The notes below the pieces were generated by a model. That model was not told the origin of the DNA and made no database searches. It saw only the letters and a list, made by a program, of their open reading frames with translations. Source: Promethearchaeota archaeon (GTDB lineage: Archaea; Asgardarchaeota; Lokiarchaeia; Sigyniarchaeales; SOKP01). From it: a DNA stretch of 27,504 nt. Where the stretch lies: assembly GCA_048939015.1 (NCBI GenBank), contig JBHLPW010000063.1:1-27504 (forward strand), read 5' to 3'. Numbering within the stretch: the stretch's first letter is position 1; each line of letters begins with the position of its first letter. The translations under genes and the position numbers were made by a program. This document shows positions 8,633-17,411 of this stretch, piece after piece.

Positions 8633-8671
8633 CTACACCACCGGGCTAATTGAGCAAATTAATGCAGGAAT

Positions 8672-8679
8672 TATTTAAA
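8672..8679 (-). promoter_or_regulatory. Putative archaeal TATA box of the tRNA-Gln gene
   Basis: TTTAAATA on the minus strand, 25-32 nt upstream of the mature tRNA 5' end. Confidence 0.45.
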
Positions 8680-8689
8680 CACTATTTAA

Positions 8690-9319
8690 TTATTTTAAAA
8701 TATTAAATGGCTTTAAATCTTGATTAAAAAATTTTTCATCTAATAAATTTTTATGGTTTTCAAGGAATTTTATTTCCATTTTTTCATTTCGATATTTATC
8801 TGGTAACATTTGTGGAATGGTATCAATAATTGGATACCAACGTTTGCACTCAGTACATAATAAGATACCAGATTTTATTTCAAAATCAAGCTTAATTTTA
8901 TTTATTAAATATAATTCTGGTAAAATTTTATCAAGATCTTTAATATTTGGATTTTTTGAAAATTCAATAATTTTTGATTTAACATCTGAATTTATAAGTT
9001 CAAAACATTTTTTACTTAATTTATTTGATGTTCTATCAAGAACATATTCAAATTCAATTAAACTTGAGACAGTTAAGTCAAGATAAGATTTTAATATAGT
9101 TCTTTCAATAATAATATTATCCTTCAAGAAGTTTTCATTATCTTTATAAGAAATCTCGACAATTCTCTCATTTTTAATAAGATTAAGATCTCTGTTTACA
9201 TAAAGATCTATAATTGATTGAAATTCCTCTAAATCATTTTCAAAAGAAAAAATGTATAATTTTAAAGGATAGTTTTTATCTATTGGGCATGCTAGTATAT
9301 CAAACAACCACGGTTTCAT
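8690..9319 (-). CDS. trm112: Trm112 family methyltransferase activator, long-insert form
   Basis: N-terminal MKPWLFDILACPIDKNYPLKL and C-terminal EIKSGILLCTECKRWYPIIDTIPQMLPD form the split Trm112 zinc-ribbon signature. Confidence 0.85.
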   Translation of the reverse strand: MKPWLFDILACPIDKNYPLKLYIFSFENDLEEFQSIIDLYVNRDLNLIKNERIVEISYKDNENFLKDNIIIERTILKSYLDLTVSSLIEFEYVLDRTSNKLSKKCFELINSDVKSKIIEFSKNPNIKDLDKILPELYLINKIKLDFEIKSGILLCTECKRWYPIIDTIPQMLPDKYRNEKMEIKFLENHKNLLDEKFFNQDLKPFNILK

Positions 9320-9341
9320 AGACTCTGACCCTCAAACAATC

Positions 9342-11234
9342 CTATAATAAATAGCTTCTTAATTGTTGAATTAGTTTATCAATTGTACGGTCAATCTTTC
9401 TTCTTCTTTTTTTAAAATTATCAGATAATTTAAGATATGCTGCTCTCGATGGTAATCTTCCTCTCTTATATCTGGATTCTAAAAGTGCAAGGCTATCTTT
9501 AACACTTATTCTCTCGGCTTCTAAAATATCTAATCTTTTTACAATATTTTCAAACACTTCACCAGATTCAATTAATATTTTTTTAAAAGGAACGATTTCT
9601 TTCTGAATTTCATCAATTTTAGCATTATTTTTGTTTAAAACATTTTTATACTTCTTTTTTGCCATTTTTTTTCTTCTAGCATCCTCTTCAGCCTGTCTAA
9701 TTTCTAAAATCAGAGCATTTTTTTCCTCATTTAGAGAGCAATATTCTCTAATTTCATTAACGGGAATATATTGTATTTCTATAGTTTCAATATCTTTCTT
9801 AGTACTCCTTGTTTTTATTATAATAACATAGATTGATGCTATTAATAGAATTAAGAACACAAATATAAAGGGGCGTAAAAGTAAATTAAAGATATCAATA
9901 GTAAAAATAAATTGTATTTTTTTATTTTCACCTGGTGAAATATAATCTGAAAAAAATTCCATGGTAATCATTCCTTGAGATTTTTTAACAGCATCCGGTG
10001 ATTCACTAATATCATCGATTTTCAAACATCCATCAATAATAATTTTAACTGTTTGGTCTTTTCCTAGATAATCAAAAGTAGTTGTAATTGTATCAATATT
10101 TATTGACTCTTGAAACCAATTATTTGAAGAATAATTCTCAAAAGGTAAATAATATTCAATGTTAAATCTAAAAGAAGTATTAGAAATCATACTTACTCGA
10201 TTTGCTGTTAAGTCAATACTAACTTGTTTAGTACTTGTTCCAGGAGTAGGTTCTACAGTTGTGCCTAAAATTTCTCCAAGATCATCTGAAATAGATAATT
10301 CGCTTGCTAATTTTGGAACATTAAATATAATATATCTTGAAGTTCGAATACCTGTATTTTTCAATAATACATTTTCTCGAATTCTGATTATCCCCCAAGG
10401 GGAAATAAAAATTTCACGAGTAATTTTTTCAATTTCTAGTAAATTAATTTCTTGATGTTTAACCCAAATTTGTACATCTTTATAGTCATTCAAGTTTGTT
10501 AAAAAGGGTTCAATAAAATCATCACCAATCTCACTACTAATTGTTTCAAAATCATAAACTCTAGCATTAAGCCCAGGATTATAAGTTCCCCAATCATCAG
10601 ATACATCCTCATCTCCTTCGCTAAATGAGGGTAAAAAGTGATAAGCTACGATTTGCCCTGTTAACTTATATGGTAGTATTGGAAAAGCTAAGCCTTTATA
10701 GTTAATATAGTGATCTAATCCCCCAGTCTCATCAGTTATATAATAAGTCTTAATAAGATCTTTCAAAACTTGTCTAAAGATAATAGTTTTTGATTGATAT
10801 GGTAATAATGGAGAATCAAAATAAACAGCAAACATTTCGAATTCATTCATTACCATATTTAAACGATCTGTTAATAATGTGCTTTCTCCAATTAATCGTT
10901 CTTCAGAAACACTCGAAGATTCGAAATATACTAGATTATTAGAATAATTTAGAGGGATCCCTATTAAAATTGAACTTATTGGTTTATTATTATGGTTTTC
11001 TATTGTTAAAATATCACGGATTTTTGTTAAACCATAGAGATCTAGATCCACTCGTCTATTAATATAAGTTAAAATTATATTTTCTACTCCTTCTTGACTA
11101 ATAGCACTTTTAGGATCGCTTTTTTCATTATGATTTATATAATTTCTATCTGAATTTGTAGGAATGAATATAATATTCATAAAAATAACTAAAAAAAGTA
11201 TGATGATAATTAAAGATCTTGTTCTTTTTAACAT
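9342..11234 (-). CDS. Ribophorin I (RPN1/Ost1)-like oligosaccharyltransferase subunit
   Basis: N-terminal signal/anchor, then two beta-rich luminal repeats (INRRVDLDLYGLTKIRDILTIENH; KITREIFISPWGIIRIRENVLLKNTG, cf. RPN1 R-x-I-E-V-S-H-W-G-N..E..L.N.G). A single TM (LLRPFIFVFLILLIASIYVIII) is followed by a basic helical cytosolic tail. Confidence 0.75.
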   Translation of the reverse strand: MLKRTRSLIIIILFLVIFMNIIFIPTNSDRNYINHNEKSDPKSAISQEGVENIILTYINRRVDLDLYGLTKIRDILTIENHNNKPISSILIGIPLNYSNNLVYFESSSVSEERLIGESTLLTDRLNMVMNEFEMFAVYFDSPLLPYQSKTIIFRQVLKDLIKTYYITDETGGLDHYINYKGLAFPILPYKLTGQIVAYHFLPSFSEGDEDVSDDWGTYNPGLNARVYDFETISSEIGDDFIEPFLTNLNDYKDVQIWVKHQEINLLEIEKITREIFISPWGIIRIRENVLLKNTGIRTSRYIIFNVPKLASELSISDDLGEILGTTVEPTPGTSTKQVSIDLTANRVSMISNTSFRFNIEYYLPFENYSSNNWFQESINIDTITTTFDYLGKDQTVKIIIDGCLKIDDISESPDAVKKSQGMITMEFFSDYISPGENKKIQFIFTIDIFNLLLRPFIFVFLILLIASIYVIIIKTRSTKKDIETIEIQYIPVNEIREYCSLNEEKNALILEIRQAEEDARRKKMAKKKYKNVLNKNNAKIDEIQKEIVPFKKILIESGEVFENIVKRLDILEAERISVKDSLALLESRYKRGRLPSRAAYLKLSDNFKKRRRKIDRTIDKLIQQLRSYLL

Positions 11235-11389
11235 AATTATTTAACTTGTCTGTGAAATTATCTAAGAGTAATGAAAATAATTAATAAAAATTTATTAAAA
11301 TTATTTTTACTTGTCAAAATAAAATTTTATATGCTTTTGCCTATTAATAAAATAAGATTGTTTAAATTATTCTTTAATAGTTTTTAATT

Positions 11390-11611
11390 ATGTCATCTAG
11401 ACGAACTCAATCAAGACGTACTAAAAGAAGAAGCGGAACTGCTCCTATGCCGATGGGAGGTGCAGGATTAATGAGATTCTTCCAAGATAGTTCTATAGGA
11501 ATAAAGGTTGGTCCTATTACTGTAGTTGTAATGTCTGTAGTTCTTATATTGATAGTAATATTAGCACGAGTGGGTGCTTTTGGCTGGTTATTCGCTCCTG
11601 GTGGTGGATAA
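11390..11611 (+). CDS. sec61b: Preprotein translocase subunit Sec61beta
   Basis: Basic N-terminus followed by GAGLMRFFQDSSIGIKVGPITVVVMSVVLILIVIL, the Sec61beta signature (GLxRF...GIKVxP plus one TM). Confidence 0.92.
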   Translation: MSSRRTQSRRTKRRSGTAPMPMGGAGLMRFFQDSSIGIKVGPITVVVMSVVLILIVILARVGAFGWLFAPGGG

Positions 11612-11661
11612 TCATTCTTCTTTTAACTATGTGATATATAACTTATAATTGGCGATTAAGA

Positions 11662-11955
11662 ATGAAAATTTCAGAATTTCAGAATTTAATTAAAGATCTG
11701 TATTTTAAAACAGACCAAAATAGAGGTATTGAAAAAACTTTTATATGGTTGGTTGAAGAAATAGGGGAATTTGCTCGTATTTTAAGAAGCAAAGATATTA
11801 GCGTTACTGATGCTTCAGAGGAATTATCAGACATTATTGCCTGGACAAATTCGTTAGCAAATTTATTAGATATCAATCTTGAATCTGCTATTTCAAAAAA
11901 ATATCCTGGAATGTGTCCTAAGTGTAAATCAAATCCTTGTGTTTGTGGTAAATAA
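11662..11955 (+). CDS. MazG-like nucleotide pyrophosphohydrolase with a C-terminal Cys cluster
   Basis: WLVEEIGEFA..EELSDIIAW..LANLLDINLE (EExxE...EExxD) and a C-terminal KYPGMCPKCKSNPCVC. Confidence 0.88.
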   Translation: MKISEFQNLIKDLYFKTDQNRGIEKTFIWLVEEIGEFARILRSKDISVTDASEELSDIIAWTNSLANLLDINLESAISKKYPGMCPKCKSNPCVCGK

Positions 11956-12080
11956 GTCTTCCCCCAATTTATTATAAATGAATTATAAAGAAATTAGATC
12001 TCTTGACTAATCAAATTTTTGAAAACAATAAAATCGTTTACAAAAAAAAATAAAACTTTGTTATCATTTTTGTTTTTGCA

Positions 12081-13190
12081 ATGAGTCTTTCTAATAAGAG
12101 AATCTGGATTGATATTGAACAACCCAAAACTGCAATAATGTTTAAATCTCTCTTAAAAATGTTTGAAAATGAAGGTGCAGAGATATTAACTACTGCCCGA
12201 AATTATGATTCAACTTATCAAATTTTAGATGATTCTAAAATAAGTTATGAAAAAATTGGAATGCATGGTGGTGAAAAATTAGAAATTAAGCTAGAAACAT
12301 ATATAGATCGTTTGAAATCTCTTTTTCCCATTGTGAAGAGATTTTCACCAGATTATTTTGTGACTTTTCTATCTGTAGAAGGAACAAGAATTGCATATGG
12401 CTTAAAAATACCTTCTATAGCGATGAATGATGAACCGCGTAATGAACCAGTATGTAAACTAATCCATCCATATATAACCAATATAATCACACCAGAATGC
12501 ATACCATTAGAATTATATGTGAATCTTTATGCTGATAGGGAAAAAATTATTAGGTATAATGGACTTGATGAAATTGCTTGGATTTCAGAATATACACCGA
12601 ATCCAGATATTCTGAAAAAATTTGATCTAGAAAAAGGAAAATTTGTTATAGTAAGAACTGAACCGACTTATGCTTCATATCTCATTCATAAAATTAGTCC
12701 AAATGAAACTCAAATTAAGACATTTTTGCCTTCAATTTTCAGAGAATTTCCGAATTATAAATATTTTTTATTAGTTCGTTCAAAACTTCAAGAAACTTTT
12801 CTTTCTAAAGGACTTAAAAATATAAGTAATGAAAAAAATATTATCATCACTCAATATCTGCCAAATTTAGTAGATTTATGCTTCTATGCGGCGACTGTGA
12901 TAAGTGGGGGTGGAACAATTGTGAGAGAATCGAGTTTACTAAATGTACCTAGTATCGTATTTTTCCCAGGAGAATCAGCACCCCAAGATAAATTTTTAAT
13001 AAAAAATGGATTTCCTTTAGAACACTTACGAGATTCAAATCAAATTACAAATAGAACTAAGGATATCCTTAATAAGGGCTCTACCACTGAAAGATTTAAG
13101 ATATCTTCATTTAAAGAGAAAATTAGCCAATTTGAAAATCCTAACAAAATTTGCTTTAAATTTGTGAAGAACAATTTATTAACCAATTAA
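12081..13190 (+). CDS. DUF354 family GT-B-fold protein (predicted glycosyltransferase)
   Basis: IWIDIEQPK, ILTTARNY, IGMHGG, RIAYGLKIPSIAMNDEP, YNGLDEIAW, IVRTEP..ASY and SGGGTIVRESSLLNVPSI. Confidence 0.8.
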   Translation: MSLSNKRIWIDIEQPKTAIMFKSLLKMFENEGAEILTTARNYDSTYQILDDSKISYEKIGMHGGEKLEIKLETYIDRLKSLFPIVKRFSPDYFVTFLSVEGTRIAYGLKIPSIAMNDEPRNEPVCKLIHPYITNIITPECIPLELYVNLYADREKIIRYNGLDEIAWISEYTPNPDILKKFDLEKGKFVIVRTEPTYASYLIHKISPNETQIKTFLPSIFREFPNYKYFLLVRSKLQETFLSKGLKNISNEKNIIITQYLPNLVDLCFYAATVISGGGTIVRESSLLNVPSIVFFPGESAPQDKFLIKNGFPLEHLRDSNQITNRTKDILNKGSTTERFKISSFKEKISQFENPNKICFKFVKNNLLTN

Positions 13191-13208
13191 ATAAGTATTT
13201 GTTGAATT

Positions 13209-14321
13209 TTATTCTTCATAGCTGAATTTTTGGTATAGCATCTCAAGTTTTTTCCCTACTTCCTCCCATGTATATCTCTTTATAAACATTAAAGCTTTTT
13301 GAATTAGAGATTGTCGTTTTGAGTCATTACGTAGTAAAAGAACAATTTCTTTTGCTAATTTTTTTGGATTTCTGGGAGGTACAAAAATAACATTATCTTT
13401 TAAAACCTCTTTATAGGCAACTAATGATGAACAAATTACTGGAGTTCCACAAGCTATTGCTTCAATCGGAGTTAGCCCAAAACCTTCAGAGGCATAAGAA
13501 TATGTTACAAAAATATCCCCCATCGTGAAGAATGTAGGAATCTCTTTTTCAGAAATAAAGCCTACGAAATGAATATCTCTATATTTACGCTTCCATTCTT
13601 GATAGGTTTTTTCCATATAAAAATCTGGTTTACCACCCATAACTAAATTAAGTTCAGGGATTTCTTTTTTTGCGATGTGATACGCTTCAATAATATCATC
13701 TACTCCTTTATATTTTGCAATACGCCCGATATATAGAAGAATTGGACCGTTTATACCAAGTTCTTCTTTTAATCTTTGAGCTTCTTTAGGAAGGGGTTTA
13801 TATTTACTTTCAATCGCAGAATACAGATTGAATACATGATTTATATCAATTTTAGGTATATAATACTTAATTTCTCTTTTTATAGATTCGGAACATGTTG
13901 TCACATACGTAGATTTGTTAACTACATATTTGATCAGTAACTTTTCAATTGGAATTCTGGTGAACTTAGTCTCAAATGGTCCTAAATCATGAATTGTCGA
14001 AATAAATTTTTTATGATTAGCTAAGATAATCGGCAAAGCTCCTTTTGGACTATTTCCATGTATTATATCAAATTCATTATTTCTTAGATATTTTATTGTG
14101 TGTAAATTAAATTGAGGAAACCAGAAAAATCTCTTTCTAATAATGTTTGTTTGTACTATATTTGGATCTATAAGTTCAATATTCCATTTTGCTGTAATAA
14201 CTTTTACATCATGCCCTTGATTTTTCAAATAATTATATATCCCAGTAAAAAATTTAGCAGCTCCATCTTGAGTGTCAGGAGCAAAGGTTAATGAGATTAA
14301 ACAAATTTTTAATTTTTCCAT
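13209..14321 (-). CDS. Glycosyltransferase family 4 (GT-B, retaining)
   Basis: GHDVKVIT, STIHDL, LYIGRIAKYKG and SEGFGLTPIEAIACGTPVI (E-x7-E). ATG at 14321 is preferred; the ORF extends to TTG at 14336. Confidence 0.92.
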   Translation of the reverse strand: MEKLKICLISLTFAPDTQDGAAKFFTGIYNYLKNQGHDVKVITAKWNIELIDPNIVQTNIIRKRFFWFPQFNLHTIKYLRNNEFDIIHGNSPKGALPIILANHKKFISTIHDLGPFETKFTRIPIEKLLIKYVVNKSTYVTTCSESIKREIKYYIPKIDINHVFNLYSAIESKYKPLPKEAQRLKEELGINGPILLYIGRIAKYKGVDDIIEAYHIAKKEIPELNLVMGGKPDFYMEKTYQEWKRKYRDIHFVGFISEKEIPTFFTMGDIFVTYSYASEGFGLTPIEAIACGTPVICSSLVAYKEVLKDNVIFVPPRNPKKLAKEIVLLLRNDSKRQSLIQKALMFIKRYTWEEVGKKLEMLYQKFSYEE

Positions 14322-14362
14322 TTTAATTTTGTACAAAATATTGATTAATAAAAATTATTGAT

Positions 14363-15340
14363 TCAAGTTAATTGTTCAAATCCATCTTCAGTCAAAAAAA
14401 TAGTTTCCTCTATTTGTGCTACATAAACTCCTTTTTTTTCAGCTAATACATAATGCGTCTGTAATTTTCCTTGCTGAATTAACTCCTGAAGTCCAAATGC
14501 AATACCTAATCTAAATTCTTCTGCTAGCCATCTCTCTGCAAATGGTAAAGTTTTATAAGTTCTATTAATGAAGCCTAGAAGTTGTTTTGAAGTTTTTCTA
14601 CGCAGAGGTACTCTACCAACATAAGGATTAAGTTCATAAATATATGAATATTGTGTATTATGAATTGATCCTTCCCCAGTGCTGGCAAATATCTCAATGG
14701 AAAAAACATCACCCACTTCCATCATGTCACCACCTTGAGATCCTAATTCGGGTAATTGTTTTTTACCATGAACAGTCCATCTTTCAATCTGATGACCACC
14801 AAGTTCTCTAATTGGATTATAATTAAAACCCTTCACTATTTCTTCTATCTTTCTTCCAATATCTCGTGTATTTGTTTTTGGTTTAGCCATCATTTTTGCT
14901 GATTCAAGAGCAACATCAAGTGCCTGTATAATATTTTCAAGTGATTCTTCTTCACTAAAATTCATAGAGAAAGCTGTATCTACGATATATCCGTCAATAT
15001 GAACACCTAAATCAATTTTGACTATATCACCTTCATTTATTTCCAAACCATCATCTTTTATGGGTGATGTGTAATGTGCAGCAATATTATTAATACATAA
15101 ATTTACAGGAAAAGCACATAATCCTTCTAATTCTTCAATTTTTGCTTCAGTTTCTGATATTAAATCATATACTTTTGCCCCTACTTTAATTTTGGGTTTA
15201 ATATACTTCTTTACTTCTTGTGCAATTTTTCCAGCCTTTCGAAGAGATTCAATTTTAATTTTTTCCTCTTGTTCTTTATCCATCTCTTCTTTACTTTTTT
15301 CTTCTTTAGTTTCGCTATTTAGTTTTCCATTCTCAGTCAT
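14363..15340 (-). CDS. map: Methionine aminopeptidase type II
   Basis: AFPVNLCINNIAAHYT, KIDLGVHIDGYIVDTA, LGGHQI, SIEIFASTG and the TLPFAERWL insert typical of archaeal/eukaryotic type II MetAP. Confidence 0.95.
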   Translation of the reverse strand: MTENGKLNSETKEEKSKEEMDKEQEEKIKIESLRKAGKIAQEVKKYIKPKIKVGAKVYDLISETEAKIEELEGLCAFPVNLCINNIAAHYTSPIKDDGLEINEGDIVKIDLGVHIDGYIVDTAFSMNFSEEESLENIIQALDVALESAKMMAKPKTNTRDIGRKIEEIVKGFNYNPIRELGGHQIERWTVHGKKQLPELGSQGGDMMEVGDVFSIEIFASTGEGSIHNTQYSYIYELNPYVGRVPLRRKTSKQLLGFINRTYKTLPFAERWLAEEFRLGIAFGLQELIQQGKLQTHYVLAEKKGVYVAQIEETIFLTEDGFEQLT

Positions 15341-15505
15341 TATAATAACTAATGTGGGTTTTGATAAAAATATTTTTTAAATAAGTATTAACTTTATTAA
15401 TAAAGTTTATATTAAAATTAGATTAAAATTAAAAATAAAAATAATATTATTATATTATTATCTTATTAGATCAATTACCTACTATTTGTTCAAGTTGATA
15501 AATCT

Positions 15506-15877
15506 TTGAGCGAAAATATCAGTGAACTCATCGACCTTTTAAGGCGAATGGAAGCAGTCAACTCAGATATTCAGGGAAGTGCTATTGTTAGCGTACAAGG
15601 CCTACCAATCTGTTCCGTTCTTGCTAGGGATATTAATGATGGGATTGTAAGTGCAATGAGCGCAGCGATACTAAGTGTTTCAGAACGCGCTGTAGAAGAA
15701 CTTGCTCGGGGAGATCTAAAAAGAATTCTTATAGAAGGCGTTGATGGAATAATAATTTTATCAAAAGCAGGAGAAAATGCAATTTTATGCACTCTAGCAA
15801 AAAGCGACGCTTCCTTAGGAATGGTTTTCTTAAATATCCAGAGTGTATCGAAAAAAATAGCTGAATTGTTAGATTAA
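15506..15877 (+). CDS. Roadblock/LC7 (MglB/LAMTOR-like) domain protein
   Basis: DIQGSAIVSVQGLPICS, VSAMSAAILSVSERAVEELARGDLKRILIEGVDG and ASLGMVFL follow the Roadblock/LC7 pattern. TTG start. Confidence 0.9.
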   Translation: MSENISELIDLLRRMEAVNSDIQGSAIVSVQGLPICSVLARDINDGIVSAMSAAILSVSERAVEELARGDLKRILIEGVDGIIILSKAGENAILCTLAKSDASLGMVFLNIQSVSKKIAELLD

Positions 15878-15952
15878 GTATATTTAATATGACTTTTTAT
15901 TTCAAAGAAATAATATAATTAATTTTAATTCTAATATCAAAATAATTATATT

Positions 15953-17398
15953 ATGCAATCAAGTCAGGTTTTTGAACAGTTTAGATCAAAACTTTTAAGA
16001 ATAGAAAACAAAGACTTACTTGAAAAGACTTATTATGAAGGTCTTTCAAGATATCTTAAATCTGGGCAGTTTGAGAATTTTATTAATTTGTTCAATTCGT
16101 CTGTTGATTTTAATATTTTTATAGATATTAACAAAATTCCAAACCGTTTTAATATTATTTCAAACTTACTTTTACAATGTATAGAGAAAGTATCAATGGG
16201 ATATCAAACCTCAGCTCTAGGTGAGATTATTGATATTTTAAGATTTTGTAATGAATATAATTTATTAGAAAGAGAAATAAATGAGGTAGAAAGAAAAGAT
16301 CTTGAAGGTTTCAAGAAAGATAGATTATTTATTGCAAATTTATTTGATTTATTTGGTCGTATATCAGATTCACTTATTTTATTTATTTATAAAGTAATGC
16401 CTTTTGATCTTTATTCATATTTTATAGAACAACAAGACCAAGCAAGCCAATATTTCTCTAATACAGATAATTTGGTATATTTCATTAAAAATGTTTTTTT
16501 TAACCAATATTCTATCTATGGATTAAGTGTCAAATATTTAAGTTCTGTAAAGCAATTTTTTGATGTTTTTGAGAAGAGTTATTTGGACTATAAAGAACAT
16601 TTAAGAATTAAGGAGGAAAAGCCATCGGATGAAGATAGAGAATTAATATTTTTTAATGCTACTTATATAAATCGTACTTTTTATGATGATATAGAAGAAG
16701 AACATGTGCATCGAGAGATTAAAAGACATCTTGTATCTCCTAAGAATATTCTGAAAAATAAAGAGAAAATTCAAGAAAATAGAGATTATAATTTTTATAA
16801 TTTATCAATGGTTCTTCTTGGAGGTTTGGGACCACAAGGTTTAGGCTTTACATATTCTACACCCAAAGGGGAGGTTATAGAGATTTGTTCAGACGTTAAG
16901 CAAAATAAGGCTATAATTATAAAGTTTAAAAAGTTTTTAAAAACACAATTTATAGAAAAATTAGAAAAGGAAATGAAAAGCTTGCATATAAAAGATTTTA
17001 CAATTGAAAAAATAGTAAAATATCTGACTGAAGTGTTAGATAGAAAAGATCTTATCAGCTTTTTTGAGAAACAGTCTATATTAAACGATATTTATAAATT
17101 TTTGCTTGAGGAGAATAGAGATCTAAAACTTTCGGATAAAAATTTTAAAAAATTAATAAATAAAATTTCAAATGCAATAAATGCAATTTTAAGACCTATA
17201 AAAATGATGGATCAATATAGAGCCCGAATGTTTTTAGTGGCAAGTGGATTGTTAAAATCAGAAGACATTGCAAAATTAACAAGCTTGAAAGAAAAATCCC
17301 ATTATGATATTTTAAGGGAAAGAGTTTTCTTTCAATATATTACAAACTGGTTCTATGAATTATATCATAAAGAAAGGAAAAAAAGAACAACCAAATAG
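15953..17398 (+). CDS. Hypothetical protein, mostly helical, with a Gly-rich motif
   Basis: 481-aa ORF. The motif LLGGLGPQGLGFTYSTPKGEVIEICSD stands out; no family recognised. Confidence 0.75.
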   Translation: MQSSQVFEQFRSKLLRIENKDLLEKTYYEGLSRYLKSGQFENFINLFNSSVDFNIFIDINKIPNRFNIISNLLLQCIEKVSMGYQTSALGEIIDILRFCNEYNLLEREINEVERKDLEGFKKDRLFIANLFDLFGRISDSLILFIYKVMPFDLYSYFIEQQDQASQYFSNTDNLVYFIKNVFFNQYSIYGLSVKYLSSVKQFFDVFEKSYLDYKEHLRIKEEKPSDEDRELIFFNATYINRTFYDDIEEEHVHREIKRHLVSPKNILKNKEKIQENRDYNFYNLSMVLLGGLGPQGLGFTYSTPKGEVIEICSDVKQNKAIIIKFKKFLKTQFIEKLEKEMKSLHIKDFTIEKIVKYLTEVLDRKDLISFFEKQSILNDIYKFLLEENRDLKLSDKNFKKLINKISNAINAILRPIKMMDQYRARMFLVASGLLKSEDIAKLTSLKEKSHYDILRERVFFQYITNWFYELYHKERKKRTTK

Positions 17399-17411
17399 CC
17401 CTAATTGCATT

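Larger units (their letters stand above)
8515..8647 (-). tRNA. tRNA-Gln(UUG) with two non-canonical 30-nt introns (8603-8632 at position 15/16; 8540-8569 at position 48/49)
   Basis: Spliced sequence: AGCCCGG TG GTGT AGTGGCCAA GCAT T TGGGG CCTTGAA CCCCG CGAC CACGG TTCGAAT CCGTG CCGGGCT A (73 nt). The acceptor stem is perfect with A1-U72, the archaeal Gln hallmark. T-loop is TTCGAAT, anticodon TTG at 8583-8581, CCA not encoded. Confidence 0.88.

Noticed and set aside
8515-8647. Reading the tRNA as Ser(UGA) or Sec, with the 8540-8569 hairpin as a long variable arm
   Set aside because: The GGGG/CCCC stem centres TTG, not TGA. The A1-U72 pair, D-arm and A73 match archaeal tRNA-Gln. The hairpin is flanked by BHB-like bulges whose removal gives a normal CGAC variable loop.
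4046-10455. Short plus-strand ORFs (4046, 5935, 7083, 7716, 8817, 9631, 10159)
   Set aside because: All lie antisense within well-supported minus-strand genes and show no motifs.
11235-11389. Specific TATA/BRE calls in this and other intergenic spacers
   Set aside because: The spacers are so AT-rich that several TATA-like words occur, and none can be assigned without TSS data.
12081-13190. Calling DUF354 an Alg13/14 (Agl24) orthologue
   Set aside because: It lacks the N-terminal GGxGGH motif of that family; only a generic GT-B assignment is supported.
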